Shown: positions 14,358 to 27,900 of the stretch, one piece after another
Layout: every line of letters begins with the position of its first letter
Position numbering within the stretch: the first letter of the stretch is position 1
Assembly: GCF_009914755.1 (NCBI RefSeq)
Contig: NC_060933.1
Origin: the human T2T-CHM13v2.0 reference genome, Homo sapiens
Reading direction: 5' to 3' (one strand)
DNA length: 64,000 bases
Made by a program: the position numbers and the translations under genes
Notes under the pieces: model-generated
Database searches by the model: none
The model's input: the letters and a program-made list of their open reading frames with translations, nothing else
Told to the model about the DNA's origin: nothing

Positions 14358-14944
14358 ACTAAAGCTGACTTATGAATTGGGTGAGAGATGAGATTTTATC
14401 CTAAGTCATCTAGCTAGGGATATGTAGGTAAGCTGAGGAAGAAGAGAGGAAGAGGGCTCAGAATTAAATGAGACTTAATTTCTAAAATAAATGATACTAA
14501 ATCCTAAGAACTAAAATGAAGCTTGATACCCATTGGTAGCAATTACTGGAAAATTAAAATTGATTTCATATTTATTCATGAATAAGTCAGAACGCTTCAA
14601 TAATATCAGATGGTTCCTCAGGGAACAAAAGCCAGCTTACAAACTAGAGACTCTGATGCTCTCATTTATTCATTCACTCCATAAATCCTAGCACCTCTGG
14701 TATGCTAGGCACTATTCTAGGTGCTGAAGATATAGCAGCAAATGTGGCTCTTGTGCACTGTCCTCCTCAACTTACTGTCTTGAAACACCTACTTTAGCCC
14801 CAAGGTGATTGAACCATTTCGTGCATTTCATAATTGCCTTATGTAGACTCCCTTTGTCTGTCTTTATACTTCCCACTGAAGATCTGACTACTGGATTCTT
14901 GCCCACCATTATAATCAAGACCAAAAGACAATCTCTCCCCATCA

Positions 14945-14973
14945 TCTCTCTCTCTCTCTCGGGTGCGCACATG

Positions 14974-15049
<76 letters not shown>
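14945..15049. repeat. Compound (CT)n(CA)n microsatellite
   Basis: Direct reading. Confidence 0.95.
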
Positions 15050-15050
<1 letters not shown>

Positions 15051-15684
15051 CCCTACCTGTCTTAGAGAGTCTCCTTAAATTCTGTTTCAGAGTCCAGAAA
15101 GCATACCTCTAGACACTAAGAATGCCGTTGCCTGTCTGGTGAGAGTCTGGCCCTTCACACAGGGATATGCCTTTACGCTTTGCAGCCAATGTTGTTCATG
15201 CAACATCTCATCAGCCATATTTTAAGAATTGTATCCATAAGGTAATAAGAACTGAGTGAAGTAGGTGGTAGCCCAGGGAAACCAGAGCAAGTGGAGAAGA
15301 ACAGCAGAGCTGAGACTCAGAAGCAGAATTTTGTTAATCCTAGAAGACCAGCCTGTGTCAGAGCAGTGTTAGGCACTGAAACTACCTAAGTCATGAGCTG
15401 GTCATTTAGTAAATGGAAATATCAATCCAAAGAAGGATCTGGATCTGCGTGATCAGTCTCCAAGGGAAGCTTCAGGTGATCTTCTAAGAACCGTTAATTT
15501 AGAAGTTCATACAAAGTCCAGATGATGGGCCAAGCAGGAGAGGTGAACAGCAGGTAATTGGCAGAGGCCTTGGCCAGCTTGCCATCTTGGTAGCTGGAAT
15601 GGGTACGATAGCAGTATGATGAAATGGTAAGTAAAGCAGTTAACAAGAAACTATCGTGGTAGGCAAATTCTCAGTGTTAGGGCC

Positions 15685-16240
15685 TGTGATGATTAATATT
15701 GAGCGTCAACTTGATTGGATTGAAGGATGTAAAGTACTGTTCCTGGGTGTGTCTGTGAGGGTGTTGCCAAAGGAGGTTAACATTTGAGTCAGTGGACTGG
15801 GAGAGACAGACCCTCCCTCAGCCTGGGTGGGCACCATCTAATCAGCTGCCAGTGTGGCTAGAATAAAGCAAGCAGGAGAAGATGGAAGAGCAGACTTGCT
15901 AAGTCTTCCAGCCTTCATCTTTCCCCGGTGCTGGATGCTTCCTGCCCTGGAACATCAGACCCCAGTTCTTCAGCTTTTGGTCTGTTGGACTTAAACCAAT
16001 GGTTTGCCAGGGTCTCTCAGGTCTTTGGCCACAGATTGAAGGCTGAACTGTTGGCTTCCCTGCTTTTGAGGTTTTGGGACTGAGACTGATCCACCACTAG
16101 CTTCCTTGTTCCTCAACTTGCAGATAACCTATCATGGGATTACCTTGTGATCATGTGAGTCAGTGCTCTTTAATAAACTCCCTTTCATATATACATATAT
16201 CCTATTAGTTCTGTCCTTCTAGAGAACCTTGACTAATACA
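15685..16240 (+). mobile_element. MLT2A (HERV-L) solo LTR
   Basis: tgtgatgattaatattgagcgtcaacttgattggattgaagg...gagaaccttgactaataca; TG..CA; internal aataaa. Confidence 0.9.
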
Positions 16241-16354
16241 GGGGCTCAAATCCGGTCATGGTTGTTGAGGAATTGGAGGTATCAAGATTAGAGTAGAACC
16301 AGCTGGAAAAAGAAGAGGAGGTATAATTAGTACTTTGAGGGAATACTAAGTGCC

Positions 16355-16585
16355 AGACATGATCTTATTCTTCTTTATGGCTGCATCGTATTCAGTGGTG
16401 TATGTGTACCACATTTTCTTTATCCAATCCACCACTGATGGGCACCTAGGTTGATTCCATGTCTTTGCTATTGTGAATGGTGCTACAGTGAACATGCAAA
16501 TGCTTGTGTCTTTTTGGTACAACAATTTGTTTTCTTTTGGATGTTTGTCCCGTAATGGGATTGCTGGATCAAATAAGTAGTTCAG
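16355..16585 (-). mobile_element. L1P ORF2 C-terminal fragment
   Basis: Minus ORF FDPAIPL...IAKTWNQPRCPS..DWIKKMW. Confidence 0.85.
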
Positions 16586-18545
16586 CAATAAAACTTTATT
16601 TTAATAAATTAAGCTGCCAGCTACATTTGGTCCATGTAGTTTGGTGACTTCTACAAGGAGGCATATGTCATCAAGAACTGGAGACTAGTTAACTTCAAAA
16701 ATCATATTAATTGACTAGACCAGCAGTCATCATCTTAAGAATACTGTCTGGGCCAGTGCCGTGGGCCTGCTGGTAGCACAGGCCCTGGGTGCCAAGCTCA
16801 GCGGAGAATACCGAAAGGTATGCATAAAGAGTGAAAAAAGATGAACTTTCCTGACTTCACACTTTTTCTCAGGCCATACCAGAGTAAGCAAATGAAGAAT
16901 CATGGGGAAGATAAGACACTGAGCACTTCATATGCAATTTGGCCTTATTTCCCCTCTGCAGGATTGTATGTGGGCTCCGTCCCATATAGGAAGGAAAATA
17001 ACCTTCTGTTTAACTGGTTATTGTCAAGATGTATTACCTTCTGCCCATAAAGTGAGTCTTAGTTCTAGAGACTGCATGAGTTTCTTATATAGACTATACA
17101 ACTGAAGGATTTGCAAGTACTAAATAAGGAATATGGTGCTTCTAATAGGCCAAAAATGGGTTGGAGAATGGGGTGGAGGAGGAGGTGATATATTACAATA
17201 GCCATATTAAACTGTACTAAACATAAAATAACAGGGAAAATATTTCCTTGAAGCTAATAGGAAAAATCAGTTACCAGACTCAGAACCATGAATCTAAGTT
17301 GTCATCCAGCTGCATGGGCTTACGAGGAGAGTTCCTGTGCTGAGGTTTTCATTATAAAACACAGAGGCATTACTGGGGATAAATGAACCAATATGAATGA
17401 AATACCTGTAATTGCCAACCTAAAATTTCACGCCAAAAATCGTCTGATTCCCAGGTTGATGTGGAGTGGTTTTCTTAAAGTTCAAAAAGAATCCACTTTA
17501 TTAGTGGAGTGGGATGCTTTAGCAGGAGTGTATTTATAAACTTAGAATTCTTCAGGTTTCCTCTAATATTGGAAACAGAAATAAAAGGAAGTTCTTCCTT
17601 GAATTGCTTTTCCTGCATCTACTTATTGTGGTCTTTTGTTTTGTGTGCTAAAAATAACAGCAATGCTGCCCAGCCATAGGAGTGAAGAGAGCCAAAATCT
17701 TGCCCAGGTTCTGTGGCTGGGCTGGGAGCCCGTGTGACTGTGTTTTCCTGGGGCTGAGTACCTTTGTCTAATTCATCTGTCCAGGTGGGTTGCCTTTTTC
17801 CAGGTTTGCACAGAGGAGCCACATAGTCTAAGCTGGCACTGCCTGGTGGTGATATTGGAAGACTGGGCCTGTCTTGAACTGAGTGGGAAGGGAAAATGCT
17901 GTGGGAATGCTTGAGCCCTTTCTAAGGAAAGCTCTCAGTCTTCAGACTCCAGAGGGGGCTCTGAACTGAGCTGTGCACCCCCTTCTCTCATACCCCCAAG
18001 TTCTTCATTTTGAAGAATTTTTCAGAATAAAGTCACATAATAAATAATACCCGGTGGAAGGTGGGTAACTGTTGGAGGAAACTGACTGAACAAGTGTTTT
18101 ATGGGAATCCCCATAGGTCATAAGAGTCAGAGGAAGGCCTGCCATGCTTTCTCTCATTTGGTTATATTAGATAGACTTCTATGTCCTTCTTCTATCTTCC
18201 CTCTTCCTCTTTGCTCCTTCTTCTGCTCTCTTTCTCCCTTCCTCTTATCAGTACCAAGATCAGCTTAGATCACAGCGTGTGGCTGTCTCTCCCTTCTCCT
18301 CCCAGGCACTCACATCCCATTTCCTCTTGCTGTATGTGTGTGTGGCATGCTGCTGCTGCTTAATGTCCTTAGAAAGCATCAACCTGTATGCTGCACTATA
18401 TAACATGGTCACTATAGAATGGGCCACGCAACTTTGCAACCCAAAAGTGATGAGTTCATTAATTGTGGCAATGAGGGCCCAGGTCAGTAAATCATTAGCT
18501 TTACCGAGAGGTCACAGTGTACGAAGCAACAAATTGCCAACATAA

Positions 18546-18906
<361 letters not shown>

Positions 18907-19149
18907 TGCAACTGTTATTCTTAATCACTTTTGTGTCTTCATTCCCTTGGAAAATTTCTTGAATTTCATCCTGCCCAGGAATATGCCCACATTTTGCAAA
19001 CAATTCTAAATAGTTCATGTACATACTCCAAGCATGGATTGACCTTAAAAATTCTTGCATTAGATAAAATCTGTAATGAATTTTACACAATATAATTAAG
19101 TGCCATCAAAAAAGACATACATTTGGATTTTTAAAAATGTATTAACATA

Positions 19150-19880
19150 AAGAAGAATATATGCCTTATGTTGGAGAGATCTGTCACGACCTTAATTAAG
19201 TGATATTAAGTGATTAACCTTAGTATTACTAATATAACCTAGTATTATGTGCCTCCTGGTAATGATGCAATATAACATGAAATGCATAATCAGTGAAGTA
19301 TCCTGGCCAAAAATGTTTACCTTGCATCTAAACAAGCCTTTAGGCCTAACTTTTAGTTGACAGAAAATTCAGGAAATAAAGGGACAAGTTAATGATATTT
19401 CAAGGGAAAAATCAGACAAATTCAAAATATGAAACATTCTAAAGACAACTAGTCTCTTGAGCAAGTCAAGATCTTTAAAAAGCAAACAAACAAAACAGTT
19501 GTAGGGACTGTTCTAGATTAAAAGAGAGTATAAAACATAACCAAATATAATATGTGAAACTTGATTAGATTCTGCCTCAAATTGACAAGCTGTAATAAAA
19601 TAAAAAAATTTGGATAACAAGGAATATTTAATATGCATTGGATATTATATTAGGGAATTATTTTTATCTTAGATTTGATAATGACATGGTGATATAAGAG
19701 AATTCATATTAAATAACTTAGAGGTTAATTGTCATGATGGCAAAGCTTTCAAAAAGTTCAGCAAAAGTAAACAATATTATATATCTATATTAAATATGGA
19801 TGCATATACATATAAATAAATTTGGTAAAACCTTAATGTTGCATTATATTATTCTTTAAACTTTTCTATATGTTTGAAGT
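19150..19880 (+). mobile_element. L1MC-type 3'UTR
   Basis: ggactgttctagattaaaagaga...aaccaaatataatatgtg; ends tttgaagttttcaaaataaaaag. Confidence 0.6.
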
Positions 19881-22011
19881 TTTCAAAATAAAAAGAAAAA
19901 ATGAGTTACATACAGATATTTTTTAAAAGGGAATAGAACAATGAGTTTAGTTCCTATGTATTTTACTAGTTTAAAGTCCTTTGCTGGAATAGCTGGCTCT
20001 AAATAGTCCACAGAGCCAGGATTGAGCATTTTACTGTAGATCATCCTTGAGCAAGAAACCACAGTGTGGCTCTCTTGTGGTTTCTCTCATTTACGCTGGA
20101 GGTCAATGTAATTAAGAATCTGTACCTTTAAGGCTAAAAATGCAGCATTGCTTTGGAGGAGGACTTTGTATCTCAGAGGCTTAAACAATAGTTGCTGGCA
20201 AATGCTGAAGTTGAGTACTTTTTAAAAGAAAACATCCCAGAACTGCCACTGGCCACCACCACCACCTCCACCAGGCTCTTCTGATGTAATAAAAAGAGAT
20301 ACATAAAAGTTAAGGAAGTGTTATCACCTGAAGATCACATTTTCCAACTGGAATTTGCTGGGAAATAACAAAATTGGACTAACAGGGTCACGATTTTCCC
20401 ACATCCCAGAGTCTAATTAAGTCAGCCCGTATTATCTCATGTCCCATTTGGTGCAGTCTGTGTAATGCTGCAGATTACTGGGGATTGCCAGGGACTTACT
20501 GCACAGTATTAAAGTGTATAGATAGTGACTTTTGGCGTTTTTGTTAGGAGGAACTGGTTTCAATATGCAGTAAGGCAACATCGTTTTACTCTCAATGGTT
20601 AGTTCATCACCAACTAACTTTTTTCTTTTTTTCTTTTTCTTTTTTTTTTTTAAGTCCTGAAAATAGCCTACCAAAGATTTGTCATTTCCTGCCTGGAGAA
20701 AGTTCTTCAGTATTTGTGTTTTTATAAATATCAGATGTGTAATCTCAGACGTGAACTTATTATAACTAGCCCCAAGGCATCATGAACTGCAAGTTGCCAC
20801 ACGAAAATTAAAGGGGTCAAATTCAAAAGGAATATGTGTCAAAAAGGCTCCGTAAAAGGTCATGTGCTTAATATGCATCCCTCAGGTGAACCTGCGGTTG
20901 CTGCAGAGCCTGCCATCTGTCTTTCGCTGCTGGTTAGGCTCCCAAATACCTTTTGTAGCCCCCTAGGGGTGAGTAGTGTCCCTTGGGCTCAATTTGAAGA
21001 AAAATATATTAACTTGGCTCCTCTTAACTGAAGGGAAAGGGAGAGAAGTGTTTAAAAGACTTACTATCTCTTGGGCTCTATTTGCTCTGTTAAAAAATAT
21101 TGTACCTAGTATTTCAGAAATGAGAACCCTTTGAACCGCAGCAAAAGTCTTCTGAGGGTCATTTGGTATCCTTTTGGAGCTGGGGATGTGATGCTATTGT
21201 TTTATTGGCAGCATTTATCATTCAGTCCCACGTCCTATTTCACCTGTTTCTTTAACATGAGATGATAAAGTAGCATCATAAAAACAGACCTGCAGGTTTG
21301 AATTAGTCTCCATTCTGCTAACCCATTGTTTGTCAATTGGAATCTGCCACAACCAGGCACAAATTCTGTGAGCTAGGACGTATTCCCGGAAAAGTAAAGA
21401 GACAGAATTCACAGCTCAGGTGAGGGTGGAGGGTAGAATAAAAGGCAAACTCCTGAGAGGCTCCAATTAAGATAAAGGTATGGAGTATGGCAATTATTTA
21501 CACACAGGAAAGGAGTGACAAGATACCAAAAGTACCAGAGAGCCGTGCAGGGTAAAAATAAAGATATACGGCCCATGAGTCTTACAGAGAAACAGACTCT
21601 TCTTGTTTAATTGAAGGGAACACCAGAAAGCAAAATCAGATGACAAAAAGTGTTCTTATCCAAAATGAAAGGAAGGAGGAGCTGCTTTGAATCCAGTAGC
21701 AGTAACTATGTGGCACAAAGCACTGACTGAATTTTGACCTAGAAACATAATCTCTGGTCCAGACAGGTCAGCTCAGAATATTTGAGTAAAAGACGAGGGT
21801 GTGTGTGTGTGCACGTGTGTGTCCGTGTGTTATTCAGTGCTTATTGTGAGCAACACTGAGCAAGTGTTTATGATCATTTAACCATTTCTTCTTCAAAATT
21901 ACCCTATAAAGCAAGCACTCTCAGTATTCTCATTTAACAAGTTAAAAAAAAAAAAAAGGCTGGAAGTAAGCAGTTTTCTCCTGTAATTAGTGTCAGTCAA
22001 GAACAATAATA

Positions 22012-22343
<332 letters not shown>

Positions 22344-23059
22344 TTACCTCATTTAGTTCTCATAATAGCTGTGTGACATAAGTACCGTTGTTATCACCAT
22401 TTTGCAGATAGAGGAACAGTCTTAGAGGAGTGGGTAAGCTTCATGAGCTCATACAGCTAATAAGTGTGAGAGCTAGAATTCAAACCCCAGACTTCTAGCA
22501 CCTGGCTTCTGAGCCGCCACACTATTCTGCCTTTTTAGGTAGTTTTTACTGTATAAATTTGAACTCCCTCCCCAAGCATGTCTACATATATCTTCTCCAT
22601 TGGCAGAGAAAATACTTTATCACAAAGTATTTCATATCTTATTTTTAAAATTCGATTTTAAATGAATGCCATGAAACAACTAGTCACCAGTTGGAATGGC
22701 AGTTTAAAGATACTGACCAGATAAAGGCATTAGCAATCTTTATTATTGCTTAGAACAGAGCTCAGGAAGTTCTGAGCTCCACAGATGAGAAGAGAGATCT
22801 CAGGGAGAGAACACAAGGAACAGGCTTATTTACGACTCCTGCCGTGTCCTCTCAGGGGAAGACAAATAATGGGACGTGCTCACCAGTTCATGCCTGGAAT
22901 TCTTAGCTTGTAATGGAATTGGCTGCAAAGTCAAGACTGCAGAACCTGGGTGATGAAGGAGAGCCTGGGCGAGAGTCTCCAAGTGTTACAGGGTTACTGG
23001 AAGCCGCCAAAATAGGCCTGTGGACCACAGCTAGGCCAATAAGAGTGGAAGACTAATAG

Positions 23060-24370
23060 AAATCTGGAGTCTGTGAAATATGAAAGACATCTACACTGAA
23101 GCACATCAACTGGCAACATTTCAAAATACCAGGAAAGTCAGAAGGATCCTAAAGTATTTCAAAGAACTGGGGATTAGAATTGTATCAGCCTTCCTAGTAG
23201 AAACATTACTAAGTAGAAGAGAGTGCAGTCATGCTTTCAAAACTCCAAGTGAAGAAATAGGAACACTTTTACACTATTGGTGGGAGTGTAAATTAGTTCA
23301 ACCATTGTGGAAGACAGTGTGGCAATTCCTCAAGGATCTAGAACTAGAAATACCATTTGACTCAGCAATCCCGTTACTGGGTATATACCCAAAGGATTAT
23401 AAATCATGCTGCTATAAAGACACATGCACATGTATGTTTATTGCAGCACTATTCACTATAGCAAAGACTTGGAACCAACCGAAATGTCCATCAATGATAG
23501 ACTGGATTAAGAAAATGTGGCACATATACACCATGGAATACTATGGAGCCATAAAAAAGGATGAGTTTATGTCCTTTGCAGGGACGTGGATGAAGCTGGA
23601 AACCATCATTGTCAGCAAACAATCATAAGGACAGAAAACCAAACACCGCACGTCCTCACTCATAGGTGGGAATTGAACAATGAGATCACTTGGACACAGG
23701 GCGGGTAACATCACACACTGGGGCCTGTCAGGGGGAGGGGGGCTGGGGGAGGGATAGCATTAGGAGAAATACCTAATGTAAATGATGAGTTGATGGGTGC
23801 AGCAAACCAGCATGGTACACGTATACCTATGTATCAAAACTGCACGTTGTGCACATGCACTCCAGAACTTAAAGTATTAAAACAAACAAACAACTCCAAG
23901 TGAAATGATTTCTAAAGCCGCTCTTCATGAATATATGTCCCTAAAACTAGGGAGTGAAAAACGACATGAGATCTAGTGAGCAGGAAATTTAATACAGGAA
24001 AAAAGCAAAGGAAATTTCTGAGATTAAGGCAAAGGGAAGTCCCATGATGACACCTGGGTAGCAAACCTACAGTACCCAGCCGAAATTGGAGCAGAAATGT
24101 GCAGGGCTCCAGAGAGAAGTTTACAAAAAAGTTATATATTATTTGATAGTTTTTAGCCATGTAGAAAATTATATTGAGACTATATTGAGAGACATTTTAC
24201 ATGTTTGGGGAAAATTGCCTATAGGTTCAAAAAAATTGAGCAGGCAAAAAAATGTACAATTATTTCAGTGGGAGTGGAAAGTTAAGAAAAATGTAATTGA
24301 GTCACTACTTAACTCCACAGTAAATACTATTTATATAGCCATAATAATGAAGCACTGAAAATGGATTCAA
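23060..24370 (+). mobile_element. Ancient HAL1/L1ME-like remnant hosting the L1PA insertion
   Basis: Degenerate ORF1-like translation (LGIRIVSAFLVETLLSRRECSHAFK); A-rich L1-like composition. Confidence 0.45.
23254..23891 (+). mobile_element. 5'-truncated L1PA6/7-like
   Basis: ORF2 C-terminus plus 3'UTR; perfect 13-bp TSD aactccaagtgaa (23241-23253, 23892-23904). Confidence 0.9.
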
Positions 24371-24376
24371 TCGAAA

Positions 24377-24541
24377 CTTATTTCATCAATCCAAGATACT
24401 TTTAATTGTAAGATGCACCATTATTTAAAGTGCCAGGAAGAAAGAAAAAAAGTATGACACACATTCATTATAAAGTGCATATAAATTTCAGAGATGTTAA
24501 AAGGTATAAAAACAATGCGTCTTGGAATCAATGAAATACAG
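24377..24541. mobile_element. MER104-like (Tc2/Kanga) MITE
   Basis: TIRs tatttcatcaatccaagat ... gtcttggaatcaatgaaata. Confidence 0.6.
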
Positions 24542-24644
24542 TTCATTAGAATAATAAAGGAAGTGAAAAGAGCTAAAATACTTATCTCACATAATCAGAA
24601 AACAGTAGATAAATTTTAATTTGATGAATCAGGAGATTGCGGTA

Positions 24645-24978
24645 CAGTAGTTCCCCCTTTTCCACTGGCGATCTGTTCCATGACCCCCAGTGGATGCCTG
24701 AAACCGCTGAGAGTATCAAATCTTTTATATACTATATGTTTTCCCACTTTTACATGCCTAATAACATTTAATTTATAAATTGTGCACAGTAAGAAAGTAA
24801 CAACAATAATTAATGAAATAGAACCATTATGAATTATGACAATACACTATAATAAAAGTCATGTGAATGTGATCTCTCTCTCAAAATCTTATTGTACTCT
24901 CCTCGCCTATTTTCGGGCTCCAGCTGACCTCTGGTAACTGAAAAGAAAAGTTAAACCATGGATAAGGAGGGACTGCTG
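24645..24978 (-). mobile_element. MER44A-like (Tigger7) MITE
   Basis: TIRs cagtagttccccctt ... gataaggagggactgctg; TA at both ends. Confidence 0.8.
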
Positions 24979-27900
24979 TACACACATAACCACTTAGAGG
25001 AAATACTAGAATACATTGCTAAGAAATTAGAAAATGTACTAACCTTATGGGGCAAGGTAGTGACAATGACGGAAAGCTATGTGCCAGAGTCTGTTGTCTT
25101 TATTTCTAAGTGTTCTAGCACTTTTTGTCCTTTGAAATTGTGTGTGTACATTATTTTGATAAAAATAGAACATTATTTGAATTTTAACTGCTAAATATTC
25201 CACATGGTTTGTGCTATCTTCAAGTCCCCTGCACCTCAGACACATGATCATAGAGGCCTCAGTATGTCCAAAGAGAAAGTCTGGGATGTTAGATTTATTT
25301 TCATCATAGTCAAAACCATGTCATCTTTAAGGTGTAGTTGAAGTCCCATTTCATTAAAGCTTGTCAAAAGGCCCTATATTATGTGACTTCTCTCTTTTTT
25401 GGGTTGCTGTTGTACTTTGGCCATTCCAACAATTCTTTATGCCAGAGTGTAGGATAGAATTTGGGAAAGGAAGAGGGAACTCCCCCTGCTGATGGGGGCT
25501 CTCAGGTCACCTGGGAGCATTTTCAAATTATAATCCTACCTCAATGAGATACTGATACATTTCCTAGAGGATACTCTCTGTCCAGCCCCACCCCATCAAG
25601 ACCTTGCTGTCTAGAGGTATCACCACACTTAGTGATGAAAGTATGTGTTATACCTTCAGTATGCTGGGGCAAAAAAAAGTTGAGTGCTGTTGCATACTAC
25701 TTAGCCCTTCGTTATAGGAGTTTTCTACTTAGATATGTGGATATGGGCAATATTTCTCCTTCTACATGTGTAGCTCTTGCCTCTATATCAAAATTGTAAA
25801 GTATTTGAAGGCCTAAACTCAAAATGCTCTGGTGCCAAACAGTGCTAGGTATAGAGTGAGTACTCTATAAATACACACTGGTTGATTTTAATATGACTTA
25901 AACCCTTTTTCTTGCTTAGGGCTGAAAAGAGTTAACTGCATGTATAACAGTCTAATAATCCTTTACTCATACTGCCTTTTAATGCTGTCTTATGTTTCTT
26001 ACTAATGCTTAATGGTAAGATTAAGCATAAGGATCTTTTAAATTTTGTGCTTGGAAAGTTTATAATGAGAAAGTGCTCATTGAAACAAGGCAGTTTACTT
26101 TTTAACTTTAAAATGTTACCGAAGGCTTTTATATTTTGGTTGTTACTTTTTTGAGTGAGTGCATGGTGTATATGGGAAAGAGAAAGATGTAAGCTAATGA
26201 GATATCTTAGACATGAAGGTATCTGAAAAGCATTTCCAGAAAGGAGAGTTCAGTTAATAATGGTGCTTTAATACATAAGAAAAGATGCAGAGAAACTCAC
26301 GCTTTTTTCTTTTAGCATTTATCAAGTATACTTAAATAATCGAAAAGATAGAGTATGGAAAGTGTCTAGCATTGTCTGGTTAGTTAGTAGGTACTTATTT
26401 AAAGAAAATAATGGAAATAGATGCTGAATACCAGGTTTGACATTTAGAGGACTCAGGAAACCCTCAAGGAGTGTTCATGTACAAAAGTAAGAGACCAAAG
26501 ATACATAACTGTAATAATTTCTTTTTAAAGAGTTGTTGAATGTCCTGCCTCAAGTTGGATTGCCTACCCTGAAGACCTTTCTCCACACTTTGATCCTCCC
26601 AGGAGGCAGAACTAGTCAGGTCTTCCAGCCTCAGCCAGAGAATGAGATAGGTCTTTCTTCAACAGGTTTCCCACAGCTTCCTGTTTGGGATGCTTCACAG
26701 GGAAAGGGGAACATAAGCTGTTCCTTCTGGCAGCACAGGCAGTGATGGTTCACTCCACTCAGCTCAGCCCAAGGCCATGAGCGGGCTTCTTCAGCTACCA
26801 TAAAGGTCAACAGAGTCACTGTGAGTGGGTTTCATGTTTAAGCAGCTCTCCACAGTTGCTGAGACATCAAGCTGAGGGAATGAGGGAGCTCTAAGGGAAA
26901 GAAGAGAATGACAAGAGTCAGGAGAGGAAGAGAGAGCGCGGAAAGGCAGGGATGGGGGTATGAAATAGTGGACCTTGCTGAACCCAAAGAGAATAAAGAA
27001 CAATCCTGTCTAATGAGGAGAAGGGTGATGGTTTTATGGCCATTAATGGATTTAGCAGTGATATTTTTCTTTTTAATAATGCTGGAGTCCATTTGCTATT
27101 TTGACCTGGGCTTGGAATATCCTGCTTTTCTCTTCTGCACCCTGCTATGCTGTCTTCCTTTCATCCAACAGCCTTTCACTTCCTCCTTTCTCTGTGAGGC
27201 CTTTTTGGGTAGATCAGTAGGGAGGTGACAGCTCCCTTCCCAGAGCTCTCCACCCGTTCCGACAGTTACACTGCTCTGCACCAATAAAATGCATTTAACC
27301 TTGGCCTGTGGGGGATGTAAATCTTTCAGGGTCTATTTATGTATCAATTTAATATTTTTGTTTCCCTGTCTAGATGTCCTCTATGTGTCTGTCACTGTTA
27401 TAAAACAGTGGCTTTCACTTTTTTTTTTCTGTTACAGAACACTTTGTTCAAACTCATTCTCACATAGAACCCAATTTGTTTGGAAAGCAACATGAACCTG
27501 GAATCTTTGAAGTGACGGTGGCAAGAAGGGGGTCTAGAGCTTGGCCCACTTCTTTCACTCCTGCCCCTACCCTCAACATGCCCTGAGGGGCCTCAAGGAA
27601 TAGAGTTTTGAAAAAAAAAATACTTTTTATAAAAGAAAACCTTGTGAGCTCCTGGGTGTCGGAAATGTTTATTTTAATTCCACTGTACTGTGCCTAGTGT
27701 TATCATGTGATATTAAAATAGCAAAACCTGGTTTTGCTATTTTGCAAAACCAAATTAAAATTTGGAATCAATAATTAGTGGAGCAAAGGATTTTCTCAAA
27801 AACTCACACTTAAAAACATATATAAGCGTGTTATTTACCTACACTGAGGAAATAAACTACATCCAAACACATTTGGTATTGCTGATCTAGACAAGTTTGG

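Noticed and set aside
16745-16823. GC-richer stretch ending in a donor-like aag/gtatgc (possible exon)
   Set aside because: No polypyrimidine acceptor upstream and no recognisable protein in any frame
17649-17658. MEF2-consensus ctaaaaataa (also at ~48681 and ~58140)
   Set aside because: AT-rich 10-mer expected by chance in this composition; no supporting context
23080-23628. 182-aa ORF
   Set aside because: Chance in-frame fusion of an ancient L1/HAL1 remnant with the ORF2 C-terminus of a truncated L1PA; the junction coincides with the TSD
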